Source: Trichosphaerium sp. ATCC 40318 (taxonomy: Eukaryota > Protista > Tubulinea). Taken from it: a stretch of DNA of 64,000 nucleotides. Under the pieces are notes generated by a model. It was given only the letters and a program-made list of their open reading frames with translations, did no database searches and was not told the origin of the DNA. This document shows positions 12,410-25,443 of the stretch, piece by piece (the stretch's first letter is position 1; the number at the start of each line of letters is the position of its first letter). Made by a program: the position numbers and the translations under genes. The stretch spans positions 165,580 through 229,579 of the forward strand of contig JALMLS010000438.1 in NCBI GenBank assembly GCA_038496445.1. The letters run 5' to 3'.

Positions 12410-13875
12410 TTAAATACGAAGACCATTAATTTTATGAACACCAGTAAGAGCTTTAATCCCTTCTTCTGTTATTTTATCACAATGTTTAATACTAATGCTA
12501 TAAACACCTGAAAGAGCTTTTATCCCTTCATCTGTAATTTCTTTATTATAGTCAAGATTAATAGTGTGAACACCAGCAAGCGCTTTAACACCTTTATCTG
12601 TTACATTTGTATACTTGAGACCAATTTCATGAACACCAGAAAGAGCTTTCATACCTTCATCTGTTATTTTGTCACAATAGCTAAGATCAATAGTATGAAC
12701 GCCAGCAAGAGCTTCGATACCATAATCTGTTATTTGTGAGCAACATACGAGGTTGATGGTATGAGCACCAGCAAGAGATCTAACCCCTTCATCTGTGAAA
12801 CTCAGACAATAACTGAGACTAATTTTATGAACGCCAGAAAGAGCTCTTATACCTTTGTCTGTAATGTTTGTGCTGTAGAGATTAATAGTATGAACGCCAG
12901 AAAGAGCTTTTACACCCTCATCTGTTATTTTCTCGCAACTGCCAAGATAAATTGTATGAACTCCAGCAAGTGCTTTTACACCCTCATCTGTTATCTCCCT
13001 GCAAGTACCAAGGTCAATTGTATGGACGCCAGCAAGAGCTTTTACCCCTTCATCTGTAATGTTACAATGACTGAGAAAAATTTCATGAACACCAGAAAGA
13101 GCTTTTATCCCTTCATCTGTAATGTTACAATGACTGAGAATAATTTTATGAACACCAGAAAGAGCTTTCATACCTTCATCTGTTATTTTGTCACAATAGC
13201 TAAGATTAATAGTGTGAACGCCAGAAAGAGCTCTTATACCTTTGTCTGTAATGTTTGTGCTGTAGAGATTAATAGTATGAACGCCAGAAAGAGCTTTTAC
13301 ACCCTCATCTGTTATGTTCTTGCAAGTATCAAGGTCAATTGTATGGACGCCAGCAAGAGCTTTTACCCCTTCATCTGTAATGTTACAATGACTGAGAAAA
13401 ATTTCATGAACACCAGAAAGAGCTTTTATCCCTTCATCTGTAATCCTTCTCTTTCTCTTCAAATTAATATTATGAACACCAGCAAGTACTGTTAACGTTT
13501 CATCTGTTACATCACAACTAGAAAGAACAATAGAACGAACACCAGAAAATAATTTGACAACATCGTTAGGAATTTTACAGCATACGATTTCTGTATGGTG
13601 TAGAGTACTCGAATGTTTTAAAACTGCTTCTGCTTGCTCGGCACTAGAAATATACACTCTATTGTATCCAATAATATCATGAATGATGGAAGCAAGGTGA
13701 TGACACGTTTGAGAGGCTGAAAATCGTGCTTTAGTTGTATAGTTTAAAATATATGCTAAAATCTCTGCTGGTAGGTCTAAAAGGCTTTTTTTCGGACTAT
13801 CAAGGTTAGATTAGGGGTTAATAGACTAATTTACGGCTACCTTTGATTAGTGGTGTTATATCCGCGTTTTAACAT
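12410..13875 (-). CDS. F-box + leucine-rich repeat protein (ITDEG.KALxGVHTI repeats)
   Basis: ATG 13875, one short intron, F-box LLDLPAEILAYIL, then ~17 tandem 21-22 aa repeats in ORF 12410-13657. Confidence 0.92.
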
Positions 13876-13929
13876 CAGAAAATAGCTAACGTCGTATAGG
13901 GTTAGTTCCCTAGAGTAATTGTGAACGAA

Positions 13930-14258
13930 GAGGTGCCAATAGGAAGATAATTTGAAATGAACTGACTGTGGAAAAAGTCAACAGACTTCTGCGCTGGCGA
14001 AAAGATGGTGTAACGGAATACAAGAGACTTTGTACTTCTCTCACTTCCCAAACGTCGCAACAGAGAAACCAATATAATAAAACAGCTACCACGATCTCTC
14101 GACCCACCTCCCCACTTACGCTCCTACTTTGAGAGTCAGAGGTCTGCCTCTTGGCGGCTAAGTGTAATTACATCAACGATATAGTGGAAGGAGAAATACA
14201 TGGAGTGGTATTCGAATGGCACAAAGAGAATAGAACTGTTTTTGTGACCATGCATTGA
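13930..14258 (+). pseudogene. Decayed MORN-variant repeat gene fragment
   Basis: Interrupted frames WRKDGVTEYKR and YINDIVEGEIHGVVFEWH resemble MORN-2 repeats (compare gene at 40928). Confidence 0.4.
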
Positions 14259-14518
14259 GAAAAAGTGCAATGTTAGTCTGTATTTTGCTTATTCCTCAGT
14301 AGCAAATGAATCTTCATGCATTTTAGATCTAAAAGTATAGCATATGTAGCTATATAATATTGATAGAAATTAATACGTAAGAAGTGAGTAAAAACGCCTT
14401 AAAGATTCTAAAAATCCCGTAAAATCAAAAATCACTTTTTGAAACTGTTTCAACAGCGACGCTGCCTTTACAGTATTTTATGTTTTAGTGGGTTTATTAA
14501 CAAATGTGTTTTCTTACT

Positions 14519-15466
14519 TTAAGCATTAAATTCTGTGGTTAAGAGACGTATTGAGTTACTAGCATAGAATAGATTGACATGTAATCTCCATTGTTGATCG
14601 GGTACTAAATGCATATTCCTCACTTGACCAGATCTCATATTCCTTAGCTTCAAAACAGCGTTATCACAATCAAGAGTCAAGCAAACAATATCTCCAGTCC
14701 TATACGATTGTGTTGCAGATACACCTGCTTTACCTTGCTTGTAACAACTGGATACAGTCCAAGAATGACAAGTCGGAAGATTACATGATTGAGGAATCAA
14801 CTTGTCTGAGTTAGATAGTACGCCTATCATCATCCATCCATCGTTTTCTAGTGTTGCTATCTCTAGAGTCCATTTTATAACACCTTTAGAGAACTTTCTT
14901 GCTCCTAGAGCAGAGCAAAAACCTTCACCGATGTTTTCGAATAACAGTTTATGTTCTTTTCTTAAAGCACTTTTCCCGCTTGTTGTTGAGAAGTAATCCA
15001 TCATATGATCTTCTGAGAGTAACCCATAGTAGCTAGCTAGTACTGATAGATGTACATCAGCCTTACATTGCCTCTGGAATTCTATCAGACCCGGTTCTTT
15101 AGCCATACGCATAGATCGAAGTGTTTTTAGAATTAAAGCAAAGTAATCTGGATCAACGTCCAGAAAGATGCGTCCTTCCTTGTCTAGTATCAAATTATCT
15201 TCCCATCTACCGCTGAACATTATCTCTAGTAGAGAACCCTTTATTTGGCATAGCGTTAGCCTTGTTGTGGTCATGTGAGTGCCACCAATGTTTAGTTCGA
15301 TGATATCGTTTGGATTTGTTTCGTGATGATTTTTCATTCGATCTTTTTCTTCTTCTAGTTGTCTCTTCTCTGTTTCGACGCGCATGGCGTCGTCTATAAG
15401 CTTTTTCTTCTTCTCTTCTAATTGTCGTTCAAAAGAAGAGAATAACGACTTCATATCATCTGCCAT
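14519..15466 (-). CDS. Coiled-coil + KCTD-type BTB/POZ + SPRY/B30.2-like protein, intronless
   Basis: IIELNIGGTHMTTTRLTL..GSLLEIMFSGRW..FLDVDP.YF.LIL. C-terminal W..EI..GWMMIGV...GDIVCLTLD. Confidence 0.9.
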   Translation of the reverse strand: MADDMKSLFSSFERQLEEKKKKLIDDAMRVETEKRQLEEEKDRMKNHHETNPNDIIELNIGGTHMTTTRLTLCQIKGSLLEIMFSGRWEDNLILDKEGRIFLDVDPDYFALILKTLRSMRMAKEPGLIEFQRQCKADVHLSVLASYYGLLSEDHMMDYFSTTSGKSALRKEHKLLFENIGEGFCSALGARKFSKGVIKWTLEIATLENDGWMMIGVLSNSDKLIPQSCNLPTCHSWTVSSCYKQGKAGVSATQSYRTGDIVCLTLDCDNAVLKLRNMRSGQVRNMHLVPDQQWRLHVNLFYASNSIRLLTTEFNA

Positions 15467-16219
15467 GCGTCTAGAATTGTGTTAATGTTGTTAGTATGAT
15501 CTCAACTTAAAAGGAGATTTTTGGAGGTGCCCTTTCGCGCACGTGTTTTAACGTTTCGGCGCATTTGAGAATTGTTTAAATTGTAATGAATAGATTGCTA
15601 CAGGAATACGGAACGTGTTCGTAGATGCGGAAAAATTGGTGGGGAGCTGGTTGTGTTCTGGCCAGTTTGTTTTTACATGTTCTTATAGTGTTGCTGAGAT
15701 GGATTTAATGGCCAGTACTAACTGACGGATTTTTTCACAGTGCTTTGGCGTAATTTTAAATAACAGACACTTAATTGGCGCATGTGTTAGCCGTATGAGC
15801 GTGGGCTCGACATCAATAACGCAACCAAACACAGAAGCAAGAATTCGACATTTACGTCACGAAGGCAACATTTATAATGGTCGGTATAAGACGTTTACTT
15901 CAGTCTCAGTATTCAAACCAGTTTGTATCACATTACAAAGAATGACGTATTCGTTGTAAAACAAAATTTGCAGTTTTTTATATCAGGAGAATTTTGGGCA
16001 GAAGTTATTTGATACCACTCGTTCGTTTTCGACTCTCCTACCAATTGTCAAGGATAAGTATTTTTAGGGAGAAAAGTTTGTCCTGACATTGAGTTGTATA
16101 TAGAGACCGTAGACTATCAGATACACAGAAAGCATCTTTTTCTAGTTCAGAGTTTGTATTTCTTTCGAAAATTTTAAGTTTTCTTTCTGTTTTTGCCATA
16201 TTCGGTATCCCCAACAGAG

Positions 16220-17771
16220 ATGACAACTAAACACCTCTTCCTTGCTTTCTTTATCTCCTTATTTACTATAGCTAATACTAAAGTGTAAGTAGAGAATAAT
16301 ATAGATTAACTAGCGTATTTAAACTAACAGACATACTGTAGTATCATAGCACAAGGAAATATTGCGCCTGAAGGGATAGCATGGGTAAGTAAATAAAGTA
16401 GAACTTCGTTTGGTCTTTTTTTTTTAATCACGTGTTTATCTAGTCCAGCACTACTAATTTCTTGGTTTCTTCCTTTATTCAATCCAGTTTATTTATGGTT
16501 CAAGATAATGGGTACGCCAAGTAGTTTTTATGATATCAATGTCATAATTTTTTTATCAGGACAACAACAGCGTATGGACCGGTTACAGGTGTTCCTCCGG
16601 TTTCAACTGTTGGGCTTGCTATAGACGAAAGTAGAAACGTAAGTACTAAATCACTTATTCAACCCAATCTAAAGACTCTACCGACTAGAAAGTGTACGCA
16701 TGTGTTGCATCAATTGCTGTATTTCAAGGTTTTCCTAATGTGGAAGGCTCTGCTTATGTACGCACTATTGTTTTGCCATCTAATGATTAATGATTGTGGT
16801 TTTAGATCGCAGAATGGGAGTTCGATACAGGGAATTTTACCACACTGATCAATATTACATTACCAACTGATAAGACTCCATTTTGTAACGATGTGGGTAT
16901 GTTGTTTTTTTTTAATTTTCCAGTTTAAAAACGTTTTTGTTATAGTCGTGCATGAATCTACAGGCGATCTTTATGCCACAGATTCACTTGGCGCAAAAGT
17001 ATGGAAAGTGGATGCGGGAACAAAAGAAGTAACTACGATTTCCAGGCCTGTTGAATGGGCAGGTAAACACAAAACAAAAAAACCTCCGTAGTTTTTTCAA
17101 ACACGTGACCTCTTTTAGGTGATCCAAATATTTTGAATATTGGTCCTAATGGCCTACACATTGTTGGAGACATTTTGTTAGTAGCAATATCACGTCCTGC
17201 TGGCGAACTTTACAGAGTCCCATTGTCTAACACATCTGACATTACAAAAGTTGAGTTTGTTGGCAATGCTCCAATAGGATATGACGGGTTGTGTGATGAC
17301 CCTGCTTCAGGTACTTGGTGTTTATATATTGTGATATAATCATCCCATTAACCCTCTTATAGGCGGTATTGCTGCTGTAGGTTATGACGACTTTGTTTAC
17401 AGATTGGAAACAACAGATGATTTCAAAACTATAACTGTTACAGGATCATACAACTCCACTATCCGTAAGTCACTTGATAGTTCATTCTTGTTCTCACATA
17501 AGCTATAGAAGGTGGACTTACAACATGTGCGACAAGGATGAATGAAGTCTATGTACTGAACGGTCATGCTTCCAATCCAACGCAAACTGAATACGAAATT
17601 GAGCTGGTCACATTCTCTGACATATCACCAAGTACTACTGAACCACCAAGCACCACTGAACCACCTACTGATGCACCTGTTGATTCTACAACAACACCTC
17701 CATCTTCCGCAATTCAAGTGACACTATCCTTGTGGCTATTGAGTATTTTTGTTTTTGTAGCAACTTTCTAA
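16220..17771 (+). CDS. Secreted, probably GPI-anchored SMP-30/gluconolactonase-like beta-propeller
   Basis: Signal peptide MTTKHLFLAFFISLF, PEGIAW, FCNDV..GDLYATDS, GPNGL, GYDGL, S/T/P stalk and hydrophobic C-terminus. Confidence 0.8.
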
Positions 17772-18214
17772 CTTAAGTGAGTGCTCCGAAACAACTTACA
17801 GCTGTTTTCCACATACAAATAAATAATCCTTTATAAACGTCTTCATTTTGTGATAAAGATAATATACGCAGTAACAGCAAAGAGATATCATAAAATGACT
17901 ATGGACGTTACTGTGAAGTTATCTATTTTGATTTTATTTTCAATCATCGGAGAACCTGATTCATTTTACTGTAAGATACCGTTTTAGGCGTTTAAATTAC
18001 TCCAGTCTAGCGCAGTACAAATAAGTCGCAATGTCAAAATAAAAAGCAAATTCTTGGAACACAAAGTTCTACGTTGAACTAGGATATTGTTGGTTGACCA
18101 ACACCACTACCTGATGTTAGTTAACATTGTTCATGAACCTCCCTGTACCAAGTTCTATATTTCTTGTTTATTTATATACATTTGACTTACAGCATTCATT
18201 GGAATAGTCGGCCA

Positions 18215-19756
18215 TCAGCAGCTATCAGAGCTATTCCGTTTTGTGTTGATAGCTGTCTCTTTTTTATATGTTTGTTTCTTTGGTTTAAGTACTGTGTATG
18301 AAATTTCTCCAACACCAACTGACATGAGTATATACGCAACTGCAAATATATAATCACTAACTTCAATAAATATAATCATAATACCAGCAATCACAGATAA
18401 TATAACAACAGCAATTATTATTGCCCATCTAAGACTTTCAAGTTTCTTAATAGTTCCTTTTACATTTTCTTTATCACCTGTAAGTTTAACACTTTCTTCA
18501 AGTCCTGTGATTATTCTCGAAGATAAGACATACGCTATTATGATATCAGGTCCAAGGCCTGTTATATAAGCAAAGGCAACAATACAAATGAATAAATCTA
18601 GCACGTGATATAAGTAATCAACAAGACAAGTTGTTGAAACGTACATCTTAGTTGAGCGACAGACTTCAGAAAGTACATGGATATTGGTACTATGATACTG
18701 ACGGATATTGCTGAAAATGATGCAACTACTTCTAGTAGAGTGAACCAAAACACTTCATGGTGTACATAACTACCTTCTGGGAGTGTACGTACAACCCTAG
18801 TAAAAGTTTAGATTTTCAGCGACAAAAATAAAAAAAAATCACGTGCCGTATAAGACGTGCAACTAAGATGATATTGAATGCACAATAAAAAAGTGCGCTA
18901 ATAGTCCATAGAATAGCTGGTGCTATATCCCTTGTCATACGATATCCAGATATTATAAGAATGCTTGCAATCCCACCACCTTCGAACAAAGTTAGCAGAA
19001 CATAAGAAATATTTCTTTGAAATCTCATTGTATCGATAACAATCTATTCTGTGGTTGTAAAAGAATTGAACTACGTACTAATAGCCATGATTATAGCCAA
19101 GATGAACAGGATGTGGTTTTTGTTTAGCATTGTAAAGTGTCTTAGTTCGAAAGGATATAATTTATACAATCGATAGCTAAATATTAAAATAGGAACAATA
19201 CCAATAACAAGCGCTAATGAGTACATCACAGTGACGCCTATTTTACTACTGTAACAAGATAAATCATTTCCCTGTGAATCTATAAGTTCCAAACATACAC
19301 CATCCCCTGTCCAGCTAGAAAGGATTAAAACAAGTCACGAGGATTTTGATGAACAATACACAAAATAAGTATTGATTTTTTTCTTCACCACGTGCCATGT
19401 CACGTGAGGATTTTACACCACACAAAGTAATAAAATAGCTCGTTCATTACACAGATTTATAAAAGTACAGTACATTCTAAAAACCCAAATCGGAGTGTAC
19501 AGTAAAACTTGGTTTTTTTTTTTGTGGTTTTTTAAATGGAAAACTAAAAAACGATAAAGTCATCAAAAACAAATTTAACGCTATGTATAGTCAAAAACCG
19601 GCACGTTAAAGAGTCAAAACGTGAATTGCTAAGTTTTAAGATTAAACGCGCTTTAAAATTACCGTACCCATTTTTACATACGCAGAATGTGTTATTAACG
19701 CATACGCCATTGCCATTACACTCTTTATAAAACGGCCAATCTTTAACGCATGGCAT
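18215..19756 (-). CDS. EGF-like domain + multi-pass (7TM-like) membrane protein
   Basis: Exon 1 CNGNGVCVNNTFCVCKNG joined to WTGDGVC, followed by ~7 hydrophobic segments in ORFs 19071-19292, 18816-19028 and 18215-18748. Confidence 0.7.
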
Positions 19757-20379
19757 ATTGCCTAAAACTAGTATAAATACCTGCAATATCTCCCCGCTAT
19801 ACTCTGTTCGTAGTACATTGAATCGTGTACCACTACGCTACCGAATTAAGGCAAGTAAACAACTTAAAAAGGTAAAATCAAGGCGCTAAGATTTATAGCT
19901 GTCAAGACGGATTTCGTTTTCTTCTGTGTTCTTTTTTGGAATACACAGATCAGGCAATGTCAGTATTCATAGAGAATATAAACTGAGTGCGACGCTAATA
20001 AAAGTTGAAAAAGGACAAGTGGCCACTATTAATGAACTTTTTCTGGCGATTCAACTGACATGTTGTACATGCTAAAGCAGGTGCCAAACCCTAAATTAGA
20101 TGACAATACAGCTGATTAAATATATAGTAACCAGAAAGGCCACTTCACTTCGATTGTAATTGCACCAAGACGCCTGCAGAGTTGACATATTATCTATAAA
20201 ATATGCTAACATAGTCCCATCTGTAATTTGTTCATTGTTCATCTGTGAGTTTTACTTCGTTTTAAGAAGCAATACATGTTTTAAGCACCTGCGAGTGAAC
20301 GCCACACAATTTTGATAAATGGAGATGGTTTCGGTTATGAGTAATGACACTACTAAACAACTACAAAAAATATGATTAA

Positions 20380-21140
20380 CATGAAAGATTGAAGATCTTT
20401 TTTATCGATAGTCAACCCCTAAAGAGGAAGCAGTAAGAAATTAAATTAGAAACACGAGCGTAGTGAGTGTACTACCACAGAAAAGCGCAAAACCAAAGTT
20501 GTAGGGGCACATGGTGTCTAATTAAATACAAAAAAACAATCAATTTTTTATTTTTTCATGAAATAGTACAAACAGTGACTGTGAACGGCTTTAGTTTTAC
20601 ATATACTTCAATAGAGTCTCCGTTTTTAACACCTGAAGAACATATATCTGATTCCATCTCTATATTATCTCCATTGAACAAGACTTTAGTGACTTTAAAC
20701 TGATGTTTGTGTTCTGGGTTGGTACTTTGTTTAGGGAATGAAACGTTTACTACGTAGTCACCGATTGCGTCTAAAGCATCTGTACACATAGTAGTTTCCA
20801 TTACAAACAAATCTAGCGGAATTAGAAAAAGAACACAGAATTAACCATATGGTGATTATATAGTACCAACGTTCATCGTTTGTTGTGTTTCTGTGCCTTC
20901 TGAGTTCTTTTGAACGTATGGGCCATTAGGTAGCTCATCTGTGATGGATACTGTTGCAATACATATCTTATTATAGTCCTGATCGGCTGTAGATTTTTGT
21001 CTTATTTTCATTACGGGTTGTTTAACGGAGAAAGTGCAAAAAAGTGCTAAACTTAACCGTCAGCTTACCATAAGTCAGCGTTTTACACAAAAACCTTGAC
21101 GAGGAACTTAAGTTTCGCTTAATTCAACCACTTCCATTCT
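20380..21140 (-). CDS. Hypothetical multi-exon protein with a possible ubiquitin-like domain
   Basis: Open exons; KVLFNGDNIEMESDICSSGVKNGDSIEVYVK resembles a Ubl C-terminal half. Both ends uncertain. Confidence 0.4.
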
Positions 21141-22342
21141 AACGCCAGTATGCGAAAATAGCACTATTTGAGGAACCTTTCCTCTTTGTGTAACGTTTTG
21201 TTTAGCGAATAAGACAACACAAAACAACTTTTTTGCTGAACACTTTTCAAACGCTCTACACAGTCTTATAAATATGCTTTTACGCGAATATCGCTACCAA
21301 GCTGGTATATTGCACTTTATTGTGTCTATTCGATTAGTACTGTCAACTTTTTTAACAGACGTCTCTTTTGTTGTAACACTACCAGAGAAATGTGTGTTCC
21401 TTGACACAAGAAACTAACGTGTTGTCATAACATCTCTAGTGTACTGTAATTTTTGCTTGTCTTTGAGACATTTCCAAATAAAAGCGGTTGTGTAAAGCAA
21501 TTTTAGCTCATTAACCGCACGTGGTTTTTTTTTGGAACTCTGTCCAACTCGAATTTCCAATTCAACTACACTCAATAAATACTTGTTTATAGTACAAAAC
21601 AGGTTAGGATTCACTAAAAAGTAATTTAACATTTGGGGTAGGTAATGGCGATGTATCTGCCCATGATGTAGATATACTCTCTGACTACAAAAAAGTTTGT
21701 TAGCCAAAACTTCTGTATTACCAGAGTTTATCTTGTGCATCATATGTAGCTTCCGAAAAAAACCGAACTACGAACGCCCCTACTAGTAACTACTAAGATT
21801 CTTCTAGAGTTGCTCCGCATCTCGCTATGCAGTTTCCCAACTGGAATCTAACAAAAAAAGAACTTACTCGATTTTAGAGTTGGAGCAGCTGTTACTTTTG
21901 CATAGTAGTTATCCATATTATCAAAAGATTGTTTACTTGTATTTTTGTTCTAAAGCAACAAATAGTACATTGCGAAGGAAAAACCAAATACGAAAAAAAA
22001 GAAAATCTAACCCAAGGTAAAACCAGTGTAATTCCTACTGTAGCAACCATTTGTACAAACTCATTCTCTACCTTGTCAAACGAACTCCCAAAAACTGTTT
22101 CGGTGTCTTCTATTGATTGCAACTCCATCCTATAGTATTCGATTTTAAGTCCAGAAAACTGGTTCCTTTTCAGCAACAAACCCAAAAAAAAAGTGAAAAG
22201 TCGCACAAATTCGAATGTCTCTCATTCCTACAGTCACAAATGGATGATCTAAGTATCTCCAAGGTTATTTATATTGACAAGACAACAATCAATGAATATA
22301 TAGGCACTGTAGAGTAACGGCGTGTAAACTTTTTCGAATTCT

Positions 22343-22815
22343 TTATTTCAAGGTTCCAAAACCCACTTGAGCAGCGTAAAATGGACTCTCTTCTTTACCT
22401 TCATCGACAGACTCTAAATTACGAGAACCAAAAGAGCCTGATTGCTCTGCAGGAGGTTTATCAAAAAATGCCAATTCTTCAGCTAAACGAGCTTCAAACT
22501 TCTCCTCTATCTCTCTGATGGCTAGTGTTATTTCTTTGCGGGCGTCATGTCCTTCAAGTTCCTTTTTAGACAGTTTCGAGCTGAAAACGCATTAGAGTGT
22601 TATTACGCGCGTAGCAGAGTCGCAATACGCCAGTTTGGGGTATAAACGTACCGCTTACGCTTCATTGCTTCTATCTCTTGTCTGTGCTTTTTACGCTCGG
22701 CGTGGTGCCGTTTTTTGACTTGTCCTTTCGTCTCGTTTGTATTCTGCAGGATAATTCATTAAATTTTGCTTATAAAACGTATAAATAGTCCTACACGTAC
22801 CTGTTGCTCGCTCAT
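22343..22815 (-). CDS. ~114 aa coiled-coil protein similar to the OTUD6/Otu2 N-terminus, no OTU domain
   Basis: Three exons give MSEQQNTNETKGQVKKRHHAERKKHRQEIEAMKRKRSK..RKEITLAIREIEEKFEARLAEEL...GTLK*. Compare NETKKQMRQRH in the OTU gene at 43052. Confidence 0.6.
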
Positions 22816-22926
22816 ACTATATTAAGCCATGGTGATTTGTTGTGGAATACGTAAAACAATGAAAACCAAAAAGTCAGCGATATTCTTCAAAAAAAAGAAA
22901 AACGTGTTCAGTTTACGCTGTCAGCC

Positions 22927-24071
22927 ATGTCCAAGCAAAAGAAAACAGCTATTATAAAACTAAACGTTGGCGGGAAAAGGTTTATGACAACCTACGCAAC
23001 GCTTAGCTCAAAGGGAAGCAATTTCCTCACTAAACTTGTAGACAATGACACCAAAGGGCGTATACCTTCCCTGAAGGATGACGAAGGATATTACTTCATC
23101 GACCAAAGCGGTACGCGTAGTACACAAAACAATATTTTCGTACCTAGCGTTTATTGCCACTAACACCACGTATTCGGCGTAGGGTATCATTTTGGGATAC
23201 TTCTCGATTACTTGCGAGTTGGAACGCTACCAGATTTTGAAACTACACAATTACAGTATAGACTAGAGAGAGAATTCGATTTTTATCAAATAGGCAAGCG
23301 TAATATTTAAAAAGAACTCTATTTTAAACAACCATCCCAAACGGCGTGGAAATAATATAATACGTTCATTCAAACCCATCAGATCGGTTTATTACATTGC
23401 TTACTAAACGAAACGTTTTCAGACTTTCCACTCAACGCGAAAAAGTCTACAAACAGGTATGTCGACGAGATACAAGCTATACAACGTAATGCCAGAACAG
23501 CTGATGTACGTACTATGGCTTAAGACCCAAAAAAAGAAAAACAAAGAAATTTAGACAAAAACTTTTCTAGAAGTTCAAACAAAGCGATGAAATCGCCGTT
23601 GTTACGCGTAATTATTACTTATCTCTATCTATTAGGTTGATAAATTCCTTAAACTCTACTGGGACAAGATCTTCGAGCAGATGAAGGATAAAGCTAGATT
23701 AGGCGGTTCATGCTTTGATTTGTATTACGGTATAGATAATTACAGCTCGAGGAAGTATATTATAATGGTGAATAATGAGAAATTTACATACGAACATGGA
23801 TTTTTTATAAATCAATTACGAAGCGCTATTGGCTCTGAGTACCTTTTTCATACAACTACAGAGCTTACTATAGATCATGAGCTACATAATAAGCTTGTTA
23901 TACATTTTTTCAGAGCAGATGATAGATATGGTACGTGCAAGAGAAGGAAGAAGAGTACCTTGTTACTTTTTTTTGACTTTTTTTTTAGAAAAGATGTATT
24001 CTCTTCTACAAGGCTCAAAAACAGTCCAAAAGCGCACTACTAACAACACATCTCCTCTAAAATACCATTGA
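22927..24071 (+). CDS. KCTD-type BTB/POZ protein, multi-exon
   Basis: IIKLNVGGKRFMTTYATL...YFIDQSG|YHFGILLDYLRVG...REFDFYQI. Confidence 0.88.
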
Positions 24072-24355
24072 ATATTTGAACACTAAATAATGAACAAGAG
24101 TTGTCACACGTCATTCAAAGAAACAACTCAAGAAAAAAAAAAGAAAGAAATTATTCGCATCTAATGAGAACGTCTACTTAAAAAGCAACATTTCCCTTCT
24201 TGACCTCCGCCCTTGTACATAAATTATGTAATTATATGTACCTATGTTAGACTATTATACAACATTATTAATTACAGTCCAATAAAGATAACCCACAACA
24301 TTTAAGCCTAATTTGCCTAATTTGCTAAGTACCTATACTATTTATTCACTTCACT

Positions 24356-25443
24356 CTAGTTAGTTGTAATACGTCGATTACAGCATGCTCCTGGTACTAG
24401 TCTGTTTAATTCACAATTGATAGTTGTCACTGTGTCATCTGAACCACAACAACTAAGTACAAAGTCAGAAAATAAATACTAGGCAAAGAATTGTTTGAAT
24501 ACAACATCTCTCATATGAATTCCAGCTTCCCCTCCAAAAAAATCTGCTTGTCCAATAGAACTTGAAGTAGCATACATAGTGCTACTAGTAGATGCCACTA
24601 ATAGCCCAAATGAGTTTGTTTAAATCATTCAACACAAAAAAAGGGAGTACGTACTTGATATAGTCTGTATGTCTGCGTTTTGAACCTCCGAACATGCACT
24701 AAAGCCTGTGTTGGTAATTTCTCCAATGATTGGCGACACACCATTTAAAGGAAGGATCTGTGAGCAAGCTGAGATTGCAGAACTTGAAGAAAAAAAAGTA
24801 AGAAAAAAAAGTGATCCAAAAGGTAAGTGCAGAACAACGTACACAAAAGCTGTTTCTGTTACACCTCCTTCAATTATCAGAGTATCTGAACCCCCAGAGG
24901 CTGTTATTAGTCCAACATTTATTATGGAATCAGAAGCTCTCACACAAAGAGCTTCATTTGCTGATATAGCAGAAGTACTCGTAAGTGTAAATGATGCACT
25001 TGTCATCTCAACACATGCTGTATTGGCAGAAATATCAACTTCACCTATAACACCACTTCCAGGCATAAAACGGATACAAGCATCAGCAATACTTAATTCA
25101 ATATCTTCGGCGATTATTGAGTTGAAAATGATACACGTGTCGCCATCAGATATTTCTGTAATTAATACGATGGTAAGTACTACTTAATTTAAAATCCGCC
25201 AGCTTGCCGCTTGCTCGTTTGGCGTACCTGAAACAGCTGTTACTGTTTTACATTCAGGAGCTGTGAAATCGCAAGCTGTACAAACATCACATGGACAATC
25301 ACAACCTGTTTGAGCGTCTACTGGTGTAAGAAGTACTAAAACAACAAAAATAGTTAGTATTTAATCGTAAGGTGAATTAAAGGCTTACATAGGGACAGCG
25401 TAATGAAAACTGTTCCAAATGCTGTTGTAGTCATTCGTTGCAT
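24356..25443 (-). CDS. Secreted Cys-rich protein family, copy 1
   Basis: Signal-like start, GCDCPCDVCTACDFTAPECK, beta-rich interior, CCGSDDTVTTINCELNRLVP..CCNRR. Clear paralogue of 31019-32340 and 37375-38694. Confidence 0.8.

Noticed and set aside
12761-13495. 244 aa plus-strand ORF (also 33705-34070 and 60307-60531)
   Set aside because: Antisense shadows of repetitive LRR coding sequence, with no independent protein features.
12410-13500. CRISPR-like repeat/spacer periodicity
   Set aside because: Units are in-frame 63-66 bp coding repeats in a eukaryotic gene, with no cas genes.
13800-13910. Telomere-like GGTTAG/TAGGG words
   Set aside because: Scattered, non-tandem and partly within an intron.
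21400-22300. Short ORFs on both strands (also 15550-16050, 46875-47244, 62428-62987)
   Set aside because: No coherent spliced model or recognisable domain could be built. Probably decayed genes.
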